Positions 53,491 through 64,000 of a DNA stretch of 64,000 nt are shown piece after piece. The translations under genes were made by a program, and so were the position numbers. Location of the stretch: the NCBI RefSeq assembly GCF_001194135.2, contig NC_068989.1:19326468-19390467 (forward strand). The letters run 5' to 3'. Source of the DNA: Octopus bimaculoides. Taxonomy: Eukaryota. Under the pieces are notes generated by a model. The model had not been told where the DNA came from and did not search any database. It was given only the letters and a program-made list of their open reading frames with translations. Positions within the stretch are counted from its first letter, which is position 1. Each line of letters opens with the position of its first letter.

Positions 53491-56389
53491 TCACAGAAGG
53501 GGTGACAGGGGTCTGAGACTCTTGGCAGTCTGCTCTGCTTGAAAAGACACATCAAGCTAAGTAAAGGCATGATTGTCTTTGCACACAGGTTGTTCCCAGC
53601 TGAGCATTCTTAACCTTGCAGGTTCATGGCTGCTGGCATCACATAAATGAATATATGCCGGTGCTGCATAAGAGCACGCAGTACACTCTGTAAAGTGGTT
53701 GGTCTTAGAAAGGGCATCTGGCTGTAAAGACCATGCCAAAACAGATGTGGTGCCTGGGCAGCTCTTCAGCTAGCCAGCTCCTGCCAAACCGTCCAACCCA
53801 TGTCAGCATGGAGAACGGACATTAAATGATGATAATGATGATTGATAATGGTTGGGCCACACTCTCACTCATTACATTTATATCAAGTATCCATTTACCG
53901 ATCTCCCTATCTCTTTCCATTACTCTCTCCTCTATCTTTCACCCTTTACACTATCATGTGCTTTCCTACTATCCTTTTATCTCTCTCCCAACACACGACC
54001 TGAATAATGAGGGGATAGTATTACACTGGATCTCTCTGTATTCAATCTCCTCTTCACTATAACCTCATAACTAGCCATTACTCTCCCGTTACTCATTACT
54101 GGTATTCATCACTCTCCCTCACTTGCTATCACTCATTTTATTGCTATCTATTACTCTCCCTTTCTCTCTCACACACACATTACTCCTTCACCCTGTCTCC
54201 CTACCATCACACCACTTATGCTGTTTCTATTCAACCTCCTTACTAATTAATGAATGCCATATAATAGTCTATCACTCTCTCTCTCTGTATTTTCTCTACT
54301 GTCACCAATTGCCCAGTTTTATCTTTATCTTTCACTTGTTTCAGTTATTAGACTGTGGCCATGCTGGGGCACCACCTTGAAGAATTTTTAGTTGAATGAA
54401 TTGACCCTAGGATCTTTTTTTATAGTCAGGTACTTATTCTATTGATCTTTTTTGCCAAACCACTAAGTTACAGGGACATAAACACACCAACACTTGTTGT
54501 CAAGTGGTAGTTGGGGATAAATACAGACACAAAGGCACACACACAATGGGCTTCTTTTAGTTTCTGTCTACCAAATCCACTCACAAGGCTTTAGTAGAGG
54601 GTACTTGCCTAAAGTGCCATGTCTGTTGTAAAGGAAAGAAGAAAACAAAAACATCAGGCATGACATGGGGAAGAAGTGATTCTCTTGCGGGGCCAAAAAA
54701 CAATGCCGTCTGATTGGCAATAGAAAGAGCATCCAGTTATAGAAAGCTTTGCTAAAAGAAAAAAGAAAAAAAAATTAGGCATATATAGGCACAGGGGTGG
54801 CTGTGTGTCCCCTCTTTGTAATGCCTTTATGGCAAATATTTCTGAAATAAAGTAGCTNNNNNNNNNNNNNNNNNNNNNNNNNNNNNNNNNNNNNNNNNNN
54901 NNNNNNNNNNNNNNNNNNNNNNNNNNNNNNNNNNNNNNNNNNNNNNNNNNNNNNNNNNNNNNNNNNNNNNNNNNNNNNNNNNNNNNNNNNNNNNNNNNNN
55001 NNNNNNNNNNNNNNNNNNNNNNNNNNNNNNNNNNNNTATATATATATATATATATGTATATGTGTGTGTTTGTGTCTCTGTGTTTACGTCCCCGTAACTT
55101 AGTGGTTCAGCAAAAGAGACCGAAAGAATAAGTCCTGGAGTCGATTTGTTCTACTAAAGGCAGTGCTCCAGCATGGCTGCAGTCTGAAACAAGTTAAAGA
55201 GTAAAAGAATGGATATGAGACATTCCTGACCTATCTGGGAGGATATTAACTCTAAGTGAAAAAGAACAACATGGGAAAACAGACATATGATGATGATGAA
55301 GATGATGATGATGATGATGGTGAATGGGGTGTATACATATTGTGTATACATATATGTGAAAAGCAGAGAAGATATATATCTCGCTTCTTAATCCTCCATC
55401 ACCAATATTGCTGACTGTAATATCATATACAAGGATATTTTGTTACTTTTGATATTGATCTGGTATTATCTGTCTGTCTGCCCTAGATGTTTGTCTATAA
55501 GCTGTGTGTGAAAGAAAGGATGAGAGAGAGATAATTTGTGTGTGTTCTGTTTCTTTTTTTTTTCTCCCAGAAACTTCTACAACCAGAATTCTGATAGAGC
55601 TGAGGAAATCTTTCTATCTAATTTTGGACAGAATTTCTAACAACTATTTGTGTCTCCATTTTGCAGCCAAACACATTCTCTTTCTGTCTTCTTTCCAAGA
55701 TGTTAACTTTCCCTTATGACAAAACAACTCATCTATAAACTATCCTAAATCTGAAGAGAGGAGAAGGAAGAAGAGAAAATGAGTGTATGTATGTCTACTT
55801 TAGCCCCCCACCCCCACCCCCCTGCAACTCCATGTTCACAAATGTCATGGTTGTCGTATAGCCCCAGGTAAACCTATGATGACAGATGTACCAGCCTATT
55901 TCTAGACCTACATAACTCAAGGCCTCCATCTTCTTAGGCCTTGATGCTAAAATGTAAACAAGTAATAGTCCTCAGATTGAATCATACCAAAGCTGACTCA
56001 AACTTTGATTCTCTGATGTAAGAGGCTCCCAAGAAACACCTCCTTTTCATAAGGTGATATAAATTATATCAACTGTTCATAAATGTTAGGTTTGTCTTTT
56101 TTTGTCTTACAAATTTCAATTAAACATTCTTATGAATGACCAGTTAGAAAATCTCTATAAGAGATGAAAGTAGTAACTATACTGAGAAGTAATGTTTATC
56201 AATGAGACTGTTTCATAGGAATTGACATTACTGCCATTTTTAACCCCGAGAGGATCTTCCTCCAGCTGGTTATCGATGCAATCTGCACCTGATATATAAA
56301 GCAAGCAGCGAAGTAAACCTCTACTATCTTCTAGCAGACGATGGGATCACCATACTATATGAATGTTTAATCAAAGATCATGAAAGAAG

Positions 56390-56626
56390 CTCATACATAC
56401 ATGTGTGTGTACGCGTGCATGTACATGTATTTGTATGCATGTACATGTGTTCGTGTGTATGCGTGTATATGTATTTGTTTGTGTACATGTGCATGCACAT
56501 GTATTTGTGTGTGTGTGTGTATACATGTACATGTATCTGTGTGTGCATGTGTATACATGTACATGTATTTGTGTGTCCATGTATGTGTGTGTGCACATGT
56601 ATTTGTGTGTGTGTGTGTGTGTGTGT
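56390..56626. repeat. Cryptic TG/TA minisatellite (TACATGTATTTGTGTG-like)
   Basis: Direct reading. Confidence 0.85.
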
Positions 56627-56948
56627 TACAGTCTCCTTGCCTTGATAGCAGTCTCCTTCATTTTCCATATTCTGTAAAAATATTTGTGGCCATTGGGAAA
56701 TATTTACCCTAATTGGAAACAAGTGTGCGTTGGCATCAAGAAGGGCTTCTGGCCATAGAAAATCTGCCTCAACAAAATTCTGTCTGACCATGGTAGGAAA
56801 ATGGACAATAAAATGATGATGATGATAGTGACTTTTCGGGATTCTGTTAGGTTTTTTTTTTAAATAAGATTGATGTATGACCCAATGAACTGATGAAAAG
56901 TTTAATCTGGCCTGAGATTTTTTGGCATTTAGCCTTGTTGTGGATTAA

Positions 56949-57156
56949 CCCTTTAGCATTGAGATTTCTCTGTCACATGTAGATTTTATTTGTTCATATT
57001 CTTTTTGAAGTTATCATGCATTATCTCACAACTTCAAGATTTCGGTGATGTGAATGTTTATTGTAGGGTACGCTTGAGAGGCCAAATCTAGCCATTTTGA
57101 ATACAAAAACAAGTAGAATATTTGGGTTGGACATGGCCAGTTTAAATGCTAAAGGA
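56949..57156. mobile_element. Uninterrupted piggyBac-like MITE copy
   Basis: TTAA|CCCTTTAGCATT ... AATGCTAAAGGA|TTAA. Confidence 0.8.
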
Positions 57157-57804
57157 TTAATGTGCACATGTACACACACAACCTTTTCTATGTTTGCACG
57201 GGTCAGACAGATTTTATACAGATGGATGATCTTCCTGCCCCCAGTCCTCACCTGTATTCAAGCAAGATAATACTTCCCCAAAGACCAGACATGTTCTCAC
57301 AGAATTTTGGAAATAAATGACACTGCTTGTATGACAGAGACACTCATTTACAACTATCCTGCAATGTCAAGACGAGGTCACAAATACACACAAGAAGCTT
57401 CTTTTCAGTTTCCGTTTACGAAATCCACTCATAAAGCTTTGGCAGTCCAGGGTTATAGTAGAAGGAAACACACTTGCCCAAGGCAAAATATTTCTGATAT
57501 GAACCCATAAATTGATTCAAGAAAAGACTAACAAATTCTACAAAAAGTATCTCATTCTGCTCTACTTAGCAGACCAAGAAAGATGTAGAAATACATGTTG
57601 TCTTTGTGGCATTCTGAGGTATTGAGGTTAAAACCTATTCCTAAGTTATCCACACAGCAGAATTGTCATGGTTTTAATCCCTGTTAGCCTATAAAAATGA
57701 ATTCTCAACATGCTGCACAGTTAGGAGCAGGAATGGCTGTATGCAGGGCCAGATTAAGACCTACAGAGGCCCAAAGCACTTAAAAGATTTTGGTGCCCAC
57801 AGAA

Positions 57805-58340
57805 ATCGTTGCCAGTGCCCCTGGACTGGCTCTTGTGCGGGGCCGTCGCAGGATTGTCAAGCGAGATCATTGCCAGTGCCCCTGGGCTGGCTCTTGTGTG
57901 GGTGACACATGAAATTTTTCGAGCGAGATCGTTGCCAGTGCCCCTGGACTGGCTCTTGTGTGGGGCCGTCGTAGGATTTTCGAGCGAGATCNNNNNNNNN
58001 NNNNNNNNNNNNNNNNNNNNNNNNNNNNNNNNNNNNNNNNNNNNNNNNNNNNNNNNNNNNNNNNNNNNNNNNNNNNNNNNNNNNNNNNNNNNNNNNNNNN
58101 NNNNNNNNNNNNNNNNNNNNNNNNNNNNNNNNNNNNNNNNNNNNNNNNNNNNNNNNNNNNNNNNNNNNNNNNNNNNNNNNNNNNNNNNNNNNNNNNNNNN
58201 NNNNNNNNNNNNNNNNNNNNNNNNNNNNNNNNNNNNNNNNNNNNNNNGACCGTTGTCAGTGCTGCCTGGCTGGCCTTCGTGGGATTTTCAAGCAAGATCG
58301 TTGCCAGTGCCCCTGGACTGGCTCTTGTGCGGGTGGCACT
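57805..58340 (+). repeat. 61-62-bp GC-rich tandem array spanning a gap
   Basis: Unit starts ATCGTTGCCAGTGCCCCTGG at 57805, 57866, 57928 and 57989, and recurs after the gap. Confidence 0.85.
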
Positions 58341-58589
58341 TAAAATGCACCATTTTGAGCGTGTCCGTTGCCAGTACCACCTGACTGGCCTTCGTGCGGG
58401 TGACACGTAAAAGCACCCACTACACTCTCTGAGTGGTTGGCGTTAGGAAGGGCATCCAGCTGTAGAAACTCTGCCAAATCAGATTGGAGCCTGGTGTAGC
58501 CATCTGGTTTCACCAGTCCTCAGTCAAATCGTTCAACCCATGCTAGCATGAAAAGCAGACGTTAAACGATGATGATGATGATGATGATG
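58340..58589 (+). mobile_element. RTE-tail-type short retroelement ending in (GAT)n
   Basis: GGTTGGCGTTAGGAAGGGCATCCAGCTG..ACCCATGCTAGCATG..GTTAAACGATGATG. Decayed copies lie near 7330, 12920, 14410, 24990, 53570 and 56690. Confidence 0.7.
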
Positions 58590-60776
58590 ACATATATGTA
58601 ATTCAAAATATAAACAATAATAAACCATAAAATAAATTCTATTTTTCAAAATGAAACCAACTTAACAGTAAGATGTTATACTTACACTTTATCTATATTT
58701 GAAAAGTTTTCTCTTACTTTTTTTAATTGCAAAGTCATTGATCAGATCTTCACTATGGCATCATGAACATTTGAAGTTATATTTCCAATCACATAAACTA
58801 CTTTGAATATCATTCTAGCAGTTTTAAAGTGATTTCTTCTGTACTGTAAACCATTTATCATTTCTGTGATGCCCCACTTCCTTTAATGCCCAAAGCATTT
58901 GCTTATTTTGCTTAATGGCTAATCCAGCACTGGCTGTATGGCAAGAAGTTTGCTTCCAAACCACATGGTTTGGGGTTTAATCCCACTACTATAGTCTCAG
59001 GCCAACAAAAACCTTGTGAGTGAATTTAGTAGACAGAAACTGAAAGAAACCCATGTGTGTATGTTTGTCCCAATACTGTTTGACAACTGGTATTGATTTG
59101 TTTATATCCCTGATTCAGCAAAAAGAGATCAATAGAATAAGTAGCAGGTTTGATTTGTTCAAGGCAGTGGCCCAACATGACTACAATCCAATGACTGAAG
59201 GAAGTAAAAGATAAAAGTGTGTTATCAGTTGTCTCAAAGATAGTAAATAACCAATGATAACTCTCCGAGTGGTTTCTATTTGTAGAATAAACTCTAGCAG
59301 TTTATACAGGAAACCTATGATTAACAATCTTTCAGCCATGTCCACTCTGCCTTTTATTCAGTCTTCCAGTATGTTCTTCTTTTGTGTTTAAGATGATTGG
59401 ATGAAATGAGAGAGATTTGGTTGTTGTTTCTAGCAGGTTGCTAATCAGCTTGTTAACCCTGTCTTCCCACCTGCCAAAGCTGGAAAAAAAAAATCTGGAT
59501 CTGTTATTGTTGGTTCCTAACATGAAAAGTCACTAAAGAAGATTCTATATCCTAATAATTTGGACTTCATTTCAGGAGTAATCCACTAAAATTCATGCAA
59601 AATTTGAAAAGTGGAAACTTTAATCCTTCCTGATATAGGCACAAGGCCTGAAATTTTAAAGGAGGGACCTAGTTGTCCTCAATGCTCAACTGGTACTTAT
59701 TTTATCAACCCCAAAAGGATGAAAGTTAAAGTCAACCCTGGTGGCATTTGAACTCAGAATGTAAAGTTGGAAGAAATAGTACTAAGCATATTTTCCGGCA
59801 CCATAACAACTCCGCCAGCTTGCTACTGTTTAAGTAAGATAATATAGGTTTTTTTTTTTTAATAGCGTAATCAGAGAAAGGGCAGTACAGACCAGGACAA
59901 TTTGGGGTCCTTTCATGCTGATGAGACATATGTTCATACTGATACTTAATTGAACATCTTTAGGAAAATCATGACTCAACAGAAACCCTGGAGACATCAG
60001 ATTAGAAGTAGTGCTAGAGTTATATATATATATATATATATATNNNNNNNNNNNNNNNNNNNNNNNNNNNNNNNNNNNNNNNNNNNNNNNNNNNNNNNNN
60101 NNNNNNNNNNNNNNNNNNNNNNNNNNNNNNNNNNNNNNNNNNNNNNNNNNNNNNNNNNNNNNNNNNNNNNNNNNNNNNNNNNNNNNNNNNNNNNNNNNNN
60201 NNNNNNNNNNNNNNNNNNNNNNNNNNNNNNNNNNNNNNNNNNNNNNNNNNNNNNNNNNNNNNNNNNNNNNNNNNNNNNNNNNNNNNNNNNNNNNNNNNNN
60301 NNNNNNNNNNNNNNNNNNNNNNNNNNNNNNNNNNNNNNNNNNNNNNNNNNNNNNNNNNNNNNNNNNNNNNNNNNNNNNNNNNNNNNNNNNNNNNNNNNNN
60401 NNNNNNNNNNNNNNNNNNNNNNNNNNNNNNNNNNNNNNNNNNNNNNNNNNNNNNNNNNNNNNNNNNNNNNNNNNNNNNNNNNNNNNNNNNNNNNNNNNNN
60501 NNNNNNNNNNNNNNNNNNNNNNNNNNNNNNNNNNNNNNNNNNNNNNNNNNNNNNNNNNNNNNNNNNNNNNNNNNNNNNNNNNNNNNNNNNNNNNNNNNNN
60601 NNNNNNNNNNNNNNNNNNNNNNNNNNNNNNNNNNNNNNNNNNNNNNNNNNNNNNNNNNNNNNNNNNNNNNNNNNNNNNNNNNNNNNNNNNNNNNNNNNNN
60701 NNNNNNNNNNNNNNNNNNNNNNNNNNNNNNNNNNNNNNNNNNNNNNNNNNNNNNNNNNNNNNNNNNNNNNNNNNNN

Positions 60777-60821
<45 letters not shown>

Positions 60822-61478
60822 ATGGATTCTCCTGTCGTTAGACGATGTATGAGGGTTCAGAAATTTCTTGCCAAACAACCACACATATGTTTTGTTTATA
60901 GTGATCAAATGTTTGTGTACACATAAGTTCACTGCCTCCATCAAATCGACATTACCTGTACAGGTGCATCATGTGTCACATGTCAGATAATGAAATGATC
61001 GCAGAGCAATGTAAAGTGAAGTGCTTTGCTCAAAAACACAATGTACGCCCGGCCTGGGAATCGAACCCACGATCTTGCAATACCCTAATCACTAAGACAT
61101 ACGCCTTCACACACACACACAAATATAGATATAGATAGAATTAAATTGGGCAGCAGTTTAGCAATGTGTCACCAAAAAGGAAAATTATAATTGTCATTAA
61201 ATATGACAAGGTGTTGGAATACCTACAAATGCTAGAAATAAGATATCAGGACGCCAATTTCGGTCATTTATGGTTGTTAGTATGTTTGTATACAATTATG
61301 TGCGTTGACCATTTTAGCTGTTATATCTAGCATTGTACGTGTTCTAATACCCTCTGTCATGTGTGTATGTGTGTGTGGAAATAATTGTACGTTACACAAA
61401 TTATGCAACAATGTAAAGTATTCAGTAACTGGATTTAGAGTAACAGCGAAATGAAAGCTGAATAAATTCATGAATATT

Positions 61479-61515
61479 ATTTTTCTATAGTTTCTGCTTT
61501 TGAATCATCAGAAAT
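61479..61515 (-). ncRNA. Degenerate inverted copy of the adjacent hammerhead
   Basis: Minus strand reads ATTT-CTGATGA-TTC-AAAA-GCA-GAA-AC-TATA-GA-A-AAAT. It carries U16.1 to A and a stem II mismatch, and is the mirror arm of 61516-61561. Confidence 0.6.
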
Positions 61516-61553
61516 GTTTCTGAGGATTCAAACGAAGAAACAATAGTAAAATA
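61515..61553 (+). ncRNA. Minimal type I hammerhead with intact core
   Basis: TGTTT-CTGAGGA-TTC-AAAC-GAA-GAA-AC-AATA-GT-A-AAATA. All core residues are present, the triplet is GUA, and the predicted cut is 61548^61549. Confidence 0.72.
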
Positions 61554-61840
61554 AATATTCCTGTATGTGCATACACACACACACACACACACACAATATA
61601 TATATANNNNNNNNNNNNNNNNNNNNNNNNNNNNNNNNNNNNNNNNNNNNNNNNNNNNNNNNNNNNNNNNNNNNNNNNNNNNNNNNNNNNNNNNNNNNNN
61701 NNNNNNNNNNNNNNNNNNNNNNNNNNNNNNNNNNNNNNNNNNNNNNNNNNNNNNNNNNNNNNNNNNNNNNNNNNNNNNNNNNNNNNNNNNNNNNNNNNNN
61801 NNNNNNNNNNNNNNNNNNNNNNNNNNNNNNNNNNNNNNNN

Positions 61841-61889
<49 letters not shown>

Positions 61890-62299
61890 GCATATATATA
61901 TATATGCACAATCACACACGTCTACACTGGCAGACGACACATTAAGCTGACCCAGCTTAGATATTCTAATCGTCCCACCCCCACCTCTACGTGCATTTTG
62001 AAAGAGAGATTGAGCTGAACGAAGTCATGGCCAGTGTCCACCCACCCATCCATCCACCCTCATCACGAACATATCTATGCAGACAGTATTATATTATTTA
62101 TTCTAAAGCCAGAGAGAGAGAGAGACTTTTCTACTTGAAACAAAGAATCTACAAACACACAGGTACAATGTGAGGGGAAGTTTTTGCAAATGAGCCAGCT
62201 GTGAAATGAACTCACATACCCCCTTTGTATGTCTGACTTTTTATAGTTTATGCATATAGCGTATACATACCTATATGTCTATCGTATCTACACAACTAA

Positions 62300-63100
62300 T
62301 ATACTCTCTCTCTCTCATTCTGTCCGTATATGTGTATGTGTATATAGATGTCTCTCTCTCTCTCTCTCTCTCTCTTCCACTTATGCCTTTTCTTTGAAAT
62401 CTACACTTTCAATTTCTTTAACCTTCTCTCTTGTTTCTTCTACACACACTTCTTATATCTCATTCTCCTTTTCTCTCTCTCCCATATTTACACACACGCA
62501 CACACACAAACTCTCTGGTACGCGCATACCTTTTCTCACATTTCTCAACCTACCCCTCTCTCTCTCTTCCTTTCATACACTTTTATCTGTCTTACACTTA
62601 GACTAAGCACTTATATACATACATTGTCGCATATTTGTGTCTTCTTACACACATACATACTTTCTCTCTCTCTCTCTTTCTCTCTTTAGACACATACACT
62701 TAATGCATTCTTTTTCTCTGACACATTCCTTCTCTCTCTCTCTCTCACACACACACACAGAGTTCCTTCCCTACATTTACACACACACACACAGCGTAAT
62801 GACACAAGCACATGTTCTCTTTCACTATCATACACAGACATTCTCTTCCTTACACATATTCTCTCACAGACGCATAACAACCTCATAGTCTACACATACA
62901 GACTCTCTCTCTTTCTCTCTCTCATGCCTATACATCTAACAGAAATACATACTCTGTCATATACACACAGACAGTTTCACCCATACAGTCATACATAGCA
63001 GAAGCACGTACTCTGTCATACACACACATAACACACTCCTTTATACAGACACACATTATACAAACAGAACGCTTTCTCTCTTTTATACACACACACACAA
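62300..63100. repeat. CT/CA-rich low-complexity tract
   Basis: Direct reading. Confidence 0.85.
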
Positions 63101-64000
63101 CTGTGTCACTTTTCAAGCATAGAAACTTTTGTTGTTCTGCAACACAGTTTTGTTGATGATGGGTTTCTATCTAGGCTGGATGGAGAAAGATGATTGTGGT
63201 ACTTACTGGTTTAGTGGTGTTGGTGCTGGTAGTACTTATAAATAGGTAGTAGTAGTAGTAGTAGTAGTAGTGATGGTAGTGTTACAGGTACTGTAGGTAG
63301 TATTGGAACATTGAGAAAAGGGACACAGTGAGGTGGGGCCCCAAAGAAAGGAAAAGAAAAAAAATAAGGTGTGTGTGGGGGGGGATTAATTTTAAAGCAA
63401 CATAGTTGGCCTCCCCCCTTTCATACACCACACCACCACCAGTGCGCTACCACTACCCTTACCATTGCTACAGAATAGAGATCACACAAGATGAGGGATG
63501 GAGGTTTCTTAAAAGAATAGTTTTACCAGCTGGTATGTTTAAGATGCTGACATTATCTCCCTTGCTGGGAGGCCCCCATGGTGGGTGAGGCTGTAAGGGA
63601 GTGTGTGCGAGAGAGAGAGAACAAGGGAATGTGTGTGTGTGTGTGTATATATAACAACAAGGACAGATAGGCATACAAAAAGATGAAGAAAAAAAAAATT
63701 CAGGAGCAGGATTTTAAGAGTGAATGATTTAGTATGTACCAAATAATGAAGGTTGGAATGACGAAGAACAAAAGCAAGATGAGAGATGATGAACATTGGA
63801 AGGATAACTGTTTTGAGGCTAGTGAGTTTCATCATCATTTAACATCAGTTTTCCATGCAGTCATGGGTTGAATGAGTTTGTAAGGGGATAAAGTTTACTG
63901 ATAAAAGCAGATTGATTTATTGACAGACTAACTTCATCTTCATCTTCATCATTTTAATGTCCTCGCTGGTGCACCACTTTGAAGGGTTTAGTGAAACAAA

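Noticed and set aside
56150-56340. CpG-containing stretch as a possible exon on either strand
   Set aside because: Frames close quickly, there is no matching donor, and the peptides are not recognisable.
57805-58340. CRISPR-like array
   Set aside because: The context is eukaryotic, whole units are homologous with no unique spacers, and there are no cas genes.
59918-59945. CTGATGAGACATATGTTC as an HHR
   Set aside because: No downstream GAAA core.
43724-64000. Next TRIT1 exon (expected ..T.RYA.KQ..W..NRF..)
   Set aside because: Not found by eye on the + strand. It may lie beyond the window or inside an N gap.

Overview
AT-rich, microsatellite- and gap-rich animal genomic DNA. The SINE families look octopus-type, so Octopus sp. 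is inferred but not proven. The only host coding sequence I can support is two + strand exons of tRNA dimethylallyltransferase (TRIT1/MOD5/MiaA family) at 18906-19017 and 43605-43723, joined in frame across a 24.6 kb GT-AG intron. The whole window is probably intronic TRIT1. The rest is a mosaic of tRNA-derived SINEs, RTE, CR1-like and Tx1-like LINE relics, a full-length decayed DD37D (maT) transposon, several MITEs and a Helitron relic. The most notable signal is a set of hammerhead ribozyme (HHR) motifs read directly from the sequence. One is an extended type I HHR with intact core (19741-19833, sense to TRIT1) inside a ~353-bp partial tandem unit that resembles a retrozyme or Penelope pseudo-LTR. 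Another is a back-to-back palindromic HHR pair at 61479-61553. Three more are minimal or degenerate (17056-17118, 20147-20183, 49716-49750). All structures and identities were derived by hand; no folding or database search was run.
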